Shown piece after piece: positions 27,324 to 40,196 of a DNA stretch of 64,000 bases. The number at the start of each line of letters is the position of its first letter. Positions within the stretch are counted from its first letter, which is position 1. Below the pieces are notes generated by a model. The model had not been told where the DNA came from and made no database searches. It saw only the letters and a program-made list of their open reading frames with translations. The position numbers and the translations under genes are program-made. Source of the stretch: Ruditapes philippinarum (taxonomy: Eukaryota); NCBI RefSeq assembly GCF_026571515.1, contig NW_026860937.1:1-64000 (forward strand), read 5' to 3'.

Positions 27324-30300
27324 ATGGAGGAAGTTTTTATACCGAAAATATCTATCCTGACCCAAGATGGAGGAATGTAAGTGAAAATTCCATTATTTCA
27401 CCATACATGCATTAGGTTAGTATGAAAAGAAACAAAAACTGAAGTGCTTAACAGATCTGGCTAAAGAGAAACAAACTTACAATTCCTGTGCAATCATATT
27501 ATCAGTATCAACAGGACAAAAATATCTTTGTTTCTATTTATTAGGTTAAATTGAATTCATTCATTCGTTCCCATGTTAATTCATCATTTTGCTTGTTTAT
27601 TTATGTATCTATTTTATTTATTTATTCATCTAGCCTTCCTTTTTTTTGAATTTATATATTTATTTTGTTATTAATTTATCAATTGATTTGTAAATTGCGG
27701 AGGAAGGGAGTCTAGTAACTCTCCAGGAAACGATGTTTTGTTAGGAAACAACTACCGGCCTATTATATATGAACTACAGGTACTGGGAAATTGGAATTAC
27801 GTATGTAATTTGAAACATTTTTTTTAACAAAATTTTTTTTACAATTTGTTAAAATGAACCATTACACTCATCTATATCTCAATATTCATTCTTAAGTAAT
27901 TAGTTTGATTAATCGCGACTATTAATTTATATCAATTTTCAAAACTCACCTTTATTTATTTAAAATTCCTTATTTATTAATTACAAGGTTTTTAATCTCC
28001 AGTCTTGACAAGCTCTTATCTGTTAATGTTAACATTTCCGAAAATACCGTTTTCCAATTACAGTTCCGAGTTTTCCAGGCAGTGAAAGTTAACAAGGTTT
28101 GTGATTTCTCTAAAAACGAAAAATTCTTTAAGTGCTTGAATATTTCACCTTCATGTATCTTTAAACGCAGTTCCTGTTCTTTTTTAGTTTTTTGCACTGT
28201 ATCATTTACGACTCGTTGAAATGAATTTCAAACTGTTGCAAAATTTAAAGATTGTCTCGAAGGTGTTCGTGCTCACAATAAATGGTACAGATTAATTTAG
28301 GTATTCACTATAACTTGGGAGTTTATTTTAGTGATTTCCCTTTTAAAAAACTACACTTTTGAGTGCAAGATTTTTTTATTTGCTTAAAAATTTTCTTTTT
28401 AAAACTATTTTTGAAATTTATATTTAATTTTTTTACCAATTTTTGGTTTTTTCCCCTGAGAAAACCCCCTAGTTTTTAAAAAAACGCAAAAAAAACGTTT
28501 GGGACACTTCATTTAAAAACATGAAACAGCCCTGCTTGCAAATTTAAAAAAGCCTTTGAATGGGAATTTTATCTTAACTAAAGGAAAAAGCTCTTTAAAA
28601 AAAAAACATTAAAACTTGATTTTAAAAAAGAAAAAAGGATCATTTTTTATATCATATTGAACTATAAATTTTTAAAAAAAATTAGTGTTTTTTAAATAAT
28701 TTTATCAATGATTTATTTTTACAAAACTTTTAAAGGTTTTCCCTTTGATTTATATAAAGTTTCTCTGATTTACAGAATTGTTGGAAGTCAAAGGCAAAGC
28801 TGCAAAAGTATGAGTTGATTTTAGAGACACAGAGATCTTCGTTACGTTACAACCAGAACGAGGCTAAAGTCAGAGAGGCAGCAATTGAGGTATGGGGCTT
28901 TTGATTGCTTTTATTGCCCATATTACTTACTAACAATTCTTGGACAGAAATTCCCAGTCAAAATTGTTGTGCCAGAGTTTTTGTTTGTTTTTTGTTGCTA
29001 TAATTATTATTGTTGATGTTGTTGTTGTTGTTGTTGTTAAAGCTGTGAACTGTTACTTACAATTATACATTTTCAGTTTTGGTGAATACCTTATATTGAA
29101 AAAAAATCAAATATACAATGTCATGCAGATTAAGATATCTATGTATAAGTTGCTATAGGTCAGTGGATAAACAATGTACAATAAATGATAGATACATCAA
29201 TTTGTACAAATACTGTGTTAATACATACTTGTTTCCATTCATATAATGGCATCTTGAAAAATACTGTTCACGAATTATAAGTTTTATATACATTATTAGA
29301 CCATAATGTTGGTTTATTTTTTACAGGATATGGAATTGGTACATAATAAATGGATGGTCAAGCACGAGAAAGACCATATTGCTTTTGAGAAAAAGTTCTT
29401 AGCTGAGATAAGTTTGCGAGAGAAAATTCAAAAGGTAGGTTATCGCATATCATACAGTTTTTATATAATAATATTAAAGGTACATTACATTGGTAGTACA
29501 ATTCAAGTGCGTGTTTTGGAAACTTTCGCGTCAACTTACACCATGTTTATATTGTACATACATATACTTCATATTAAAAATATTATAAATATTATTTATT
29601 ATTATTATCAATATTATTTAGAACTTTTTGTGTGTTTTTTTCTACGTTAAAGTCATATGAATAAATTATAAGCCGTCCAAACTACTGGCCATATTATTAT
29701 TATTATTATTATTTATTATTATTATTATTTTCAATATTATTTTCAATATCATAATTATTATTTTCTCCAATGTGTGGTCTACTGTCATAGCGGTTTTATA
29801 TCTTATTTTAAAGGATAGACTTTCACTTAATTGTACTTGCTTTGTAAATTACAGTTTGTAAATTGTATTGTAACATATCTATTTTACAGATGTCAAACGA
29901 CCTTGAACTTGATGTAGTTGAGATGCTTACTGATACAATCAGAACTTTGATGAACAAAAACAGACAAAATCTGAGGTACGTTATTTTCTTGATAATACAA
30001 TTTTTGGAAAAGAATAAATTGTTGGATATTTCTATGATACATGTAATTTTACCATGTTAAAATCTTTAGAACATTGTTAAAAAAATAATTCTGACCACAT
30101 TTTTGTAATTCTTTGACTGCAAGAAATTAACACAATATTCAGTATTTAAAAAAAGTGTTTTTTCCCAACAGTGATACAGAAGTAAACAAACTTGCCACAC
30201 AAGTATACAAACAAACATGCCGTACATACAAGTTTAGACATGCATCGGTAAGTATCTGCCCTTTTTTATGTAAGTTATAATTCCATTCGTTTATTTGATA

Positions 30301-31107
30301 TAATCATAATGTTTGTTATATCCAATTATTTAATTCAATATTGAATTTGAGAACTATGTGTAAAGCTATGACATGATTATAAGATAATCAAAAAGCGATT
30401 TATTTTGTCTAGTTGGTGCGCATGCTACGCACAATATCATTTATATTGGTTATAAGAAACCTTGGATAAAGCATTCAAAAACACATGGTCCCGGCAAGTT
30501 CGCAATAACCGAGGTTTACTGTAAATCGTATCGGCATATCTATTGTAGTATTTCAAAGTTATCACACACATAAAACAATGGTAAAACATGTGCGAATATC
30601 TTTCTTTTTTTTAAATTGGTAAACATTTATGTATTTCAGAACATACCATGTCAGAAAGAATGGATTGAGAAACCAGAATATGTAAACAACAGAATTAACA
30701 AGACTTAAAGAGAAAGGTTTGTTTGATTAATGATTAGGTTCCTTTTTGTATTCTCTCATTTAAAGATAAAGACAATTTGAACTTAGAAGAGTTTGGCTAT
30801 TTAAAAAAGAAATAAACATAAACTATAGTGGGCGTTTGAAACTGACAATGATATGAATGTCTGGATATTATAATGCGCATTTTATACGTAACACGGAGTC
30901 ATTCATTTATAACATGGAGTAGCTAAACTGTAACATGGAGTTTCGTATTATGTCGTAAGGAGACTTAAATATTCGGGCTATTATATTTTTTAAATACACA
31001 CTGTTTGCAGCTATACAGCAGTTTATATTTAGTAAAAGGTAATATAAAGTTCATAACGTAAACCATATTTTTTTCAGATCAAGACATCAAGTTTGGAAAG
31101 GGAATGA
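27324..31107 (+). CDS. Uncharacterised helical/coiled-coil protein, paralog A (8 exons; exon 2 garbled and early stop in exon 7 as assembled)
   Basis: Exons 27324-27376, ~28446-28562 (corrupted), 28776-28889, 29327-29434, 29890-29975, 30172-30247, 30640-30716, 31078-31107. Exon sizes and phases match paralog B except exon 7 (77 vs 81 nt, TAA at 30706-30708). Confidence 0.65.
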
Positions 31108-31565
31108 AAGGCTTCTTTTTCCCATTTGACATCATTGTGTTTTCATTTCAAATGGGTTTTTATTTGCTATTATTTTTTCCCATTTCATATGGGTTTTTAT
31201 TTGCTATTATTTTTTCCCATTCAAAATGGGTTTTTTTTTCGTGAAAAAAATCTAGTTAAATATATTTTAGATAACTAGAAAAAATGTGTTTGTATTTCTT
31301 TTTCGCCTATAGTAGTATCTGTTTCACAACAATTTTGATATTGAACTGGTTCATCAAAAAGATCTGTGTGCTTCGAACCAACCAGACAAAATGACAATGC
31401 CGATAACATTGACCAATATTACATTATCGACATCATTGTCCAAAAACCATCAGTTAGTAAATATAAGAACGGAAACAATGTTTATTCCGCTGATGATTAC
31501 GATAAAAAATCTGCAATTTTGCCATTAAAACATTTAGTAAATAAGTCCAATGTGTGGTATTATTA

Positions 31566-32095
31566 CGGTGGCACAAAGGTGACATGTATGCGTTTGTATT
31601 TATCTCGTGCGCACGAGATGTCGTGGCCACGAGTTACTAAGTCTTGGCCATGAGATAGTTAAGTCATGGGAACGAGATACTATGTCTTGGCCACGAGTTG
31701 CTAAGTCGTGGCCACGAGCTAATTAAGTCGTGGCCACGAGATACTATATGACGTGGCCACGAGATACTATGTCGCAGCCACGAGTTACTAAGTACATGTC
31801 TAGTTAATTAAGAAAACTCATATAAATAGTGTAATCTGATTGGTTATTTATCTCGTGCGCACGACTTAACTACCTCGTGGCCACGACATAGTATCTCATT
31901 CCCATGACTCAACCATCTCGTGGCCACGACTTAGTAACTCGTGGCCACGATATAGTAACTCGTGGCCACGATATAGTTTCTCGTTCCCACGACTTAACTA
32001 TCTTGTGTCCACGACTTAGTAACTCGTGGCCACCACATAGTATCTCGTGCGCACGAGATAAATGAAAACACACACATGTAACCTTTGTGCCACCG
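31566..32095. mobile_element. Foldback-type MITE with TA flanks and internal inverted 21-bp repeat arrays
   Basis: About 55-bp TIRs TA|CGGTGGCACAAAGGTGACATGT... / ...ACATGTAACCTTTGTGCCACCG|TA; palindromic CGTGGCCACG units arranged in two opposing arrays. Confidence 0.85.
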
Positions 32096-32710
32096 TATAT
32101 AATTGTTGCCTTGAGTGCGTTTTGAAACATCGCCGAATACTTGATAGAAAATTTCAAAATACGTGATCATATTAACTCCCTTGAATTATGAGAGATGGTT
32201 CTAAAGCTAGATGCACGCCCCACGATGACATAAAACAAACACACTTCCGCAAAATAATCCTCAATGAATGATGTATTGGTTCATAAGATAAGTTTTTTTC
32301 CGAATTTTGAACCCCTAAGTTCCCTTTTAATACCCAACATAGCCTTATTTGAATGTCTGTTAGAATACAAAGGAGAGGTGGTTTATGAAATGACTTTTAG
32401 AAACAAACAACAGGGTCGACCAGGAGGCGATGTTACTTTACAATAATAACGTCTGTCGACATGTTTAAGACTTATGTGTTTGAACGAAACCTTGAATTAC
32501 TTATAGTCTCAGATGAAACGTTTTAATCTAATAATTGAATAAATAGAGACAAAGATTTTGGTGTTATGTTTCATATTAAACTGGGAATTTAATTGAAACG
32601 GTTGATTCTAATTCCCTTTTTTTTACAAAAATATTTTGAGAGAAAACAATCATTTATTCTTTGACGCGGCTAAAATGTAACTCTTACATTTAGCGCGTCT
32701 AAACGCTATA

Positions 32711-35021
32711 TTTGTGCTATGTCAGTAATGTTGACTATGTGAGTGATACTGTGCAGTAATATTGATTATGTGAGTGGTGCTATGTTGTTATGTTGACTAT
32801 GTGAGTGTACCTGTGGAGTAATGTTGACTATGTGAGTGTAGCTGTTGAAAAATGTTGACTATGTGAGTGTTGCTGTTGAGAAATGTTGACTATGTGAGTG
32901 GTGCAGTGGAGTTATGTTGACTGAATGAGTAATATTATATGAGTAATGTTGAATATTTGAGTAGTGTTGACTATATGAATATAGTGCTGTGAAGTAATGC
33001 CGACTATGTGAGTGGTGCTTTGGAGTAATGATGACTTTGTGAGTAGCGTTATGTGAGTAATGTTGACTTTGGAGTTATGTTGATTATGTAAGTGGTGCAG
33101 AAAAATGATGTTAGCTATGTGAGTAATGCTGTGGAGTTATGTTGACTACGTGCGTGTTTCTATGGAGTAATGTTGACTATGTGAGTGGTGCTTCGGAGTA
33201 ATGTTGACTATTTGAGTGTAGCTTTCGAGTAATTTTGACTATGTGAGTGGTACTGTTTAGAAATGTTGACTATGTGACTGCCAGTGAGTAATATTGACTG
33301 TGTGAGTAGTGCAGTGGAGTTATGTTTACTATGTGAGTGTTGCTTTTGAGTATTATTGACTATGTGAGTGTTGCTTTTGAGTAATGTTAAATGTGTTAGA
33401 AGTGTAATGTGAGTAATCTTGACTATATAAGTGGTGCTCTGTGGGTAATTTTGACTGTGTGAGTGGTGCAGTGGAGTAATGTTGACTTTGTGAGTGCTTT
33501 TGAGTAATGTTGACTATGTGGGTGGTACTGTGGAGTAATGTTGAATGTGTGGGTAGTGTTATGTGAGTAATGTTGACAATGTGAGGGGTGCTATGGAGCA
33601 ATGTTGACTATGTGAGTGGTGCTATGGAGTAATGTTGACTATGCGAGTGTTGCTTTTGAGTATTGTTTCTATGTGAGTGGTACTGTGAAGTAATATTGAA
33701 AGTGTGAGTAGTGTTATGTGAGTAATGTTGACTATGTTAGTGGTGATCCGTGAGTAATGTTGCCTTTGTGAGTGGTGCAGAGGAGTGATGTTGACTATGT
33801 GAGTGTTTCTGTGGAATAATGTTGAATATGTAGGTGGTGCTTTTGAGTAATGTTGAATGTTTGAGTGTTGTTATGTGAGTAATGTTGACTATGTGAGTGG
33901 TTCTTTTTAAGTGAGTGATGTAGTGGAGTAATGTTGACTATTTGAGTGGTGCTGTGGAGTAATGTTGACTATGTGAGTGTTGTTATGTGAGTAATGTTGA
34001 CTATGTGAGTACCGTTATGTGAGTAATGTTGACTATATAAGTGGTGCAGTGAAACAATGTTAACTACTAGTATGTTATTGATGTTGTGGATTAATGTTGA
34101 CTACGTGAGTGGTGCTATGGAGTTATGTTGACTATGTGTGACTGCCAGTGAGTAATATTGACTGTGTGAGTAGTGCAGTGGAGTTATGTTTACTATGTGA
34201 GTGTTGCTTTTGAGTATTATTGACTATGTGAGTGTTGCTTTTGAGTAATGTTAAATGTGTTAGAAGTGTAATGTGAGTAATCTTGACTATATAAGTGGTG
34301 CTCTGTGGGTAATTTTGACTGTGTGAGTGGTGCAGTGGAGTAATGTTGACTTTGTGAGTGCTTTTGAGTAATGTTGACTATGTGGGTGGTACTGTGGAGT
34401 AATGTTGAATGTGTGGGTAGTGTTATGTGAGTAATGTTGACAATGTGAGGGGTGCTATGGAGCAATGTTGACTATGTGAGTGGTGCTATGGAGTAATGTT
34501 GACTATGCGAGTGTTGCTTTTTAGTATTGTTTCTATGTGAGTGGTACTGTGAAGTAATATTGAAAGTGTGAGTAGTGTTATGTGAGTAATGTTGACTATG
34601 TTAGTGGTGATCCGTGAGTAATGTTGCCTTTGTGAGTGGTGCAGAGGAGTGATGTTGACTATGTGAGTGTTTCTGTGGAATAATGTTGAATATGTAGGTG
34701 GTGCTTTTGAGTAATGTTGAATGTTTGAGTGTTGTTATGTGAGTAATGTTGACTATGTGAGTGGTTCTTTTTAAGTGAGTGATGTAGTGGAGTAATGTTG
34801 ACTATTTGAGTGGTGCTGTGGAGTAATGTTGACTATGTGAGTGTTGTTATGTGAGTAATGTTGACTATGTGAGTACCGTTATGTGAGTAATGTTGACTAT
34901 ATAAGTGGTGCAGTGAAACAATGTTAACTACTAGTATGTTATTGATGTTGTGGATTAATGTTGACTACGTGAGTGGTGCTATGGAGTTATGTTGACTATG
35001 TGAGTGGTGCTGTGGAGTAAT
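32711..35021. repeat. ~30-bp minisatellite with an internal 864-bp near-perfect duplication
   Basis: GAGTAATGTTGACTATGTGAGTGGTGCTGTG-like units; identical ORF translations at 33353 and 34217 give the 864-bp offset. Confidence 0.9.
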
Positions 35022-35465
35022 TGTAATCTTGTGCCTAAACGTTTTATACCAGTCCTTGCCGGAGGGGTTACAATATAGACAACATTACACAAACAATGAA
35101 AAATACCGGAAATAGCATTATAATACTAAATACAATCAAAATTTAAATATTGCCAATAGCTTGTTAAAAGGATTCACGCCAATTCAACCTGTTTCCTTTA
35201 AGAAAAAAAATCTTGCGTATAGCTGAAATAATGGTAAAAAACAAAATCAAAATCATTATTAGCATTCGTTGTTTTTCACAGATTATATCATGCACATGCT
35301 CTAGGTCTTAAGCCTTCATGTATTATACTGTGACGTCTACTTTAATGCCGCATCAGACGAAATCATTTTTTTGAAAATCGATGTTTCATCACATTATAAA
35401 CCATCTTTTAAATATAGAAAGCGGAATTGGATGCATAAAACAGTAAAAAAAACAAAAAAACAAAA

Positions 35466-35617
35466 AAACGTGATCACGTGAAACGAGATTTGACGTCGTG
35501 ATTTCCACATGACGCTGACGTCGTTTCTACGCGACATTGTCATTTACGCCACAGCAATAGCAAAGCGAATTTATTCACTTAGCAGTTTTCAGCGATATTT
35601 AACGATTATCGACAGTT
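35466..35617 (+). promoter_or_regulatory. CpG-rich promoter/5' UTR of paralog B with CRE-like sites and an E-box
   Basis: CACGTG, TGACGTCG twice and TGACGC; homologous to 27172-27323. Confidence 0.55.
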
Positions 35618-38600
35618 ATGGAGGAAGTTTTTATACCGAAAATATCTATGCTGACCCAAGATGGAGGAATGTAAGTGAAATTTCAATTTTAATTCACCAT
35701 AGGTTCGTAATAAAAGAAAGAAAGAAATCTCAAGTGCAAATAGATCTGGCATAAGATAAACAAACTAACAATTCCTGTGCAATCATATCATCAAGCCACA
35801 AATATCTATGTATCTATTGATTAGGTTTTAATTTATTTCATTCATTAGTCATCCTTTTTCATTTATTTATTTATTTATTACAGATTTTCCAGTCTTAACA
35901 GTTTATCTGTATTTACCGGATACGTTCCCATTACAGTTCCGATTTTCCAGGCAGTGAAAGTTAAGCAAGGTTTGTGATTTTCTTAAATGAAGAATATTTT
36001 AAGTGCTTAGAATAGTTCACCTTTATCATTAAACATGTCTTGTTTGTCGTTCCTTTTCGTTTAGTTTGAGTTCTTTTACGTTTAGTTTTATCTTATCATT
36101 TTCGTCTTGTTAGAAAACTTCTCAATTTTTTTTTTTTTTCTTTCTAAATCAGTAATCAAACCATTATGAACTGCAGATTATTAAAACAAGAAAATTTCTT
36201 CTGTGTTGTGAAGTGAACCCACGAACGGCCTTAAAATTAAGATACACTGTGCTTATTTTCAACACCCGTCATTTCAATTTGCTTTTGTCTACAGATATAT
36301 ATTATTTCGGCGTGCATCGTTTCTACTTAGGCTTCTTTTGTATACTTCTTTCTAAGTTCTTTCTTACTTCTTTTTATTGTTTCTATCTTTTTCTTTCTAT
36401 CTGTCTCTTTCTCTAGAAAACAGACTAACCACTTTCCTGCGAACATTGAGAAACTCTGTTCTGAAATATTCTAGACAAGATTATGATATCATTAGTACTG
36501 ATGAAGATTTTGATACACTGTAAGATTTTACAACATAACATAAAGTTTATTCTTGTGACATAGGCATTCGGTCCAAAATACAAAACAGTGCAACAAATAT
36601 AAAAATGCAATGAAAATACAATGTAAAATTATATGTATTAATAATAACCTGTTTTTCAGTGGGTATAAAAAACAACATATTTTTCATGTGCTCGCAAAAT
36701 ATGATAAAAATTAAATTGTATAGCTGCAATAAACGATCGTTGTTAAAATGTCTGAGGTGTTTGTGGTCACAATAAATGATACAAATTGAATTACGTTTAT
36801 ACTATAACTTGCAGTAAGTGATACATTTTAGTACTTCTTATTGATTTATATTAACATTTTTGTCTGCCAATATAGGTTTTCCTCTGAGACACACCTAGTT
36901 TTAAAAGAACGCAAAAGAACGCTGGTACACTTCATTAAGAAACATGAAACAGCCCTGCTTGCATTGAGAGAAGCTAGAATGGTAAGTTTTATCTTTACTA
37001 AGGAACGCTCTAAAAAACAAAACATTGCAACGTGATTATACCATTCATATCATATTTGAATAGTTAATTTAGAAATCAGTATAATCATGTTAATATACCA
37101 TAGTTTGTAAATTAATTGATTTCTTATTTGCAAAGCTATGAACAAAATATCAGTTTTTAATTGTATTCTGTTGCATGGTATTGTATTTTAATATAATTGA
37201 TTAATGCATCATTTTACAAAACACTAATGTTCATTGATACCGGCACTATTACGTGTTACGTGTTAAGAATTGAGTACCGCTCAAGCCGGTGATAAGGGGC
37301 GTGAGAGATGTTGCACTTATTCAGTATTCCTCATGTACAGACTCAATCAAACCGAGTCTGCAATTCTTATGTAATTTTGTTGTGATTAATGCTTCCGAGG
37401 GATCACTTTCTTTCCAGATTTTTATACTTCACAACAGCAGGTGTCAAGTGCTGTGTGGCAGCTGTAAAAAGTTGCCCCGTACTTCACTTCAGTGTTGTTA
37501 TATTTTTCTGGTCCTTCGGGATCATTGATACCGGCACTATTACGTGTTACGTGTTAAGAATTGAGTACCGCTCAAACCGGTGCTAGGGGGCGTGAGGGAT
37601 GTTGCACTTATTCAGTATTCATGTACAGACTCAATCAAACCGAGTCTGCAATTCTTATGTAATTTTGTTGTGATTAATGCTTCCGAGGGATCACTTTCTT
37701 TCCAGATTCTTAGATTTATATAAAATATCCTTGATTTTCAGAATTGTTGGAAGTCAAAGGCAAAACTGCAAAAGTATGAGTTGATTTTAGAGACACGGAG
37801 ATCTTCGTTACGTTACAACCAGAACGAGGCTAAAGTAAGAGAGGCAGCAATTGAGGTATGGGGCTTTTGACTGCTTTTATTGCCCATATTACTGACTATA
37901 AAGATAAAATCTTTTAACAATTCTTGAACAGAAATTCCATGTCAAAACAGTTGTGCAAGAGTTTTTGTTTGTTTGTTGTTGTTATTATTTTTGTTGCTGT
38001 TGTTGTTGTTGATGTTGTTAAAGCTGTGAACTGTTTTCATTTACTTTTACAATGATACATTTTCATTTTTGATGAATACCTTATATGGAAAAAAATCACA
38101 AATATACATGCAGATTAAGATATATATGTATAAGTTGCTATACGTAAATGGATAAACAATGTACAATAAATGATAGATACATCAATTTGTACAAATTCTG
38201 TGTTAATACATACTTGTTTTCATTCATATAATGGCATCTTGAAAAATACAGTTCACGAATTATAAGTTTTATTTACATTATTAGACCATAATGTTGGTTT
38301 ATTTTTACAGGATATGGAATTGGTACATAATAAATGGATGGTCAAGCACGAGAAAGACCATATTGCTTTTGAGAAAAAGTTCTTAGCTGAGATAAGTTTG
38401 CGAGAGAAAATTCAAAAGGTAGGTTATCGCATATCATACAGTTTTTATATAATAATATTAAAGGTACATTACATTGGTAGTACAATTCAAGTGCGTGTTT
38501 TGGAAACTTTCGCGTCAACTTACACCATGTTTATATTGTACAAACATATACTTCATATTAAAAATATTATAAATATTATTTATTATTATTATCAATATTA

Positions 38601-40196
38601 TTTAGAACTTTTTGTGTGTTTTTTTTCTACGTTAAAGTCATATGAATAAATTTTAAGCCGTCCAAACTACTGGCCATATTATTATTATTATTTATTATCA
38701 TTATTATTTTCAATATTATTTTCAATATCATAATTATTATTTTCTCCAATGTGTGGTCTACTGTCATAGCGGTTTTATATCTTATTTTAAAGGATAGACT
38801 TTCACTTAATTGTACTTGCTTTGTAAATTACAGTTTGTAAATTGTATTGTAACATATCTTTTTTACAGATGTCAAACGACCTTGAACTTGATGTAGTTGA
38901 GATGCTTACTGATACAATCAGAACTTTGATGAACAAAAACAGACAAAATCTGAGGTAAGCTATTTTCTTGATAAAACAATTTATTTGGAAAAGAAAAAAC
39001 TTTGTTGTATATTTTTTATATACATAAGATGATTAAACCTTTTAAACAATACACTGAACACAATATTGAATTGATTGATTGATTGATTGATTGATTGATC
39101 CATTTATTTACTCATTAGTCAATCATGACATGTTTTATTTTGGTCGTTGTTTCATGCACTTCTTACTGTTTCGCCATTGACCATTGACCTTTTTTGTAAT
39201 TCTTTGACTGCAAGAAATGTACATTTTATTCATTATTGAAAGACAATGTGTTTTTTTTTTTCTAACAGTGATACAGAAGTAAACAAACTTGCCACACAAG
39301 TATACAAACAAACATGCCGTACATACAAGTTTAGACATGCATCGGTAAGAATCTGTTCTTTCTTTCTTTTTGTTTTGTTTTTATGTAAGTTATAATTCCA
39401 TACTTTTATTTTCATATATGATTTTTGCTATATCGCTTATTTAGCCGGACATTAAATTTGAAAACTATGACATGATTATAAGATAATCAAAAAGTGATTA
39501 TTTTTGTTGAGTTGATGCGCATGCTACGCACAATATTTATCACTAAAATTGGTTATAAGAAACACCTCGGATATAGCATTCACAAACACAAGGTCCCGGC
39601 AGGTTCTCTATAACCGAGGTGTACTGTAAACAGTATTGAAGCATTTTAAAATTATCACACACATAAAATGAAGAAAAATGTAAAAAATGTGAGAATATCT
39701 CATTTTAATTGACAAACATTTATGTATTTCAGAACATACCATGTGAGAAAGAATGGATTGAGAAGCCTGAATATGTTAACACCAGAATTAACAAACAAGA
39801 TATTAAGCCAAAGGTTTGTTTGATTATTAACTAAGATTTCTATCTTTAATTTTTCATTTAAACTATAAAGAAATTTTGACCGAAAAAGATTTTGGCTAAC
39901 TGCCGCTATTTAAAAATAAAAAAATAAACAAAGACATACGTAAATTCGTTTGAAACTTGCAATTATGCACTTGTTATTTTTATAATGCGAACTTTATAAA
40001 TAACACGGAGTCAACCGACTATATCATGGAGTAGCTAGACTGTAACATGGAGTTTCGTATTTTACCATAGGGAGTTCTTTATTCTTTAAATACTGTTTAC
40101 AGCTATATATAAATAGTAAAATTTGATATAAACTTCATAACGCAAACCATATTTTATTTTTTTCAGATCAAGACACCAAGTTTGGAAATGGACTGA
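35618..40196 (+). CDS. Uncharacterised helical/coiled-coil protein, paralog B, intact, 8 exons, 217 aa
   Basis: Exons 35618-35670, 36876-36981, 37742-37855, 38311-38418, 38869-38954, 39269-39344, 39733-39813, 40167-40196; all GT-AG, 654 nt open frame: [217 protein letters not shown]. Confidence 0.85.
37231..37708. repeat. ~291-bp tandem duplication (1.6 copies) in paralog B intron 2
   Basis: TCATTGATACCGGCACTATTACGTG starts at 37231 and 37522; absent from the short intron 2 of paralog A. Confidence 0.8.

Noticed and set aside
29306-29650. ORFs 29306-29650 and 38314-38649 as stand-alone genes
   Set aside because: Only the 108-nt exon 4 is coding; the rest reads through the GTAGGT donor into intron.
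33353-34465. Two identical 82-aa His/Thr/Ser-rich ORFs
   Set aside because: Translations of the minisatellite within the 864-bp duplication.
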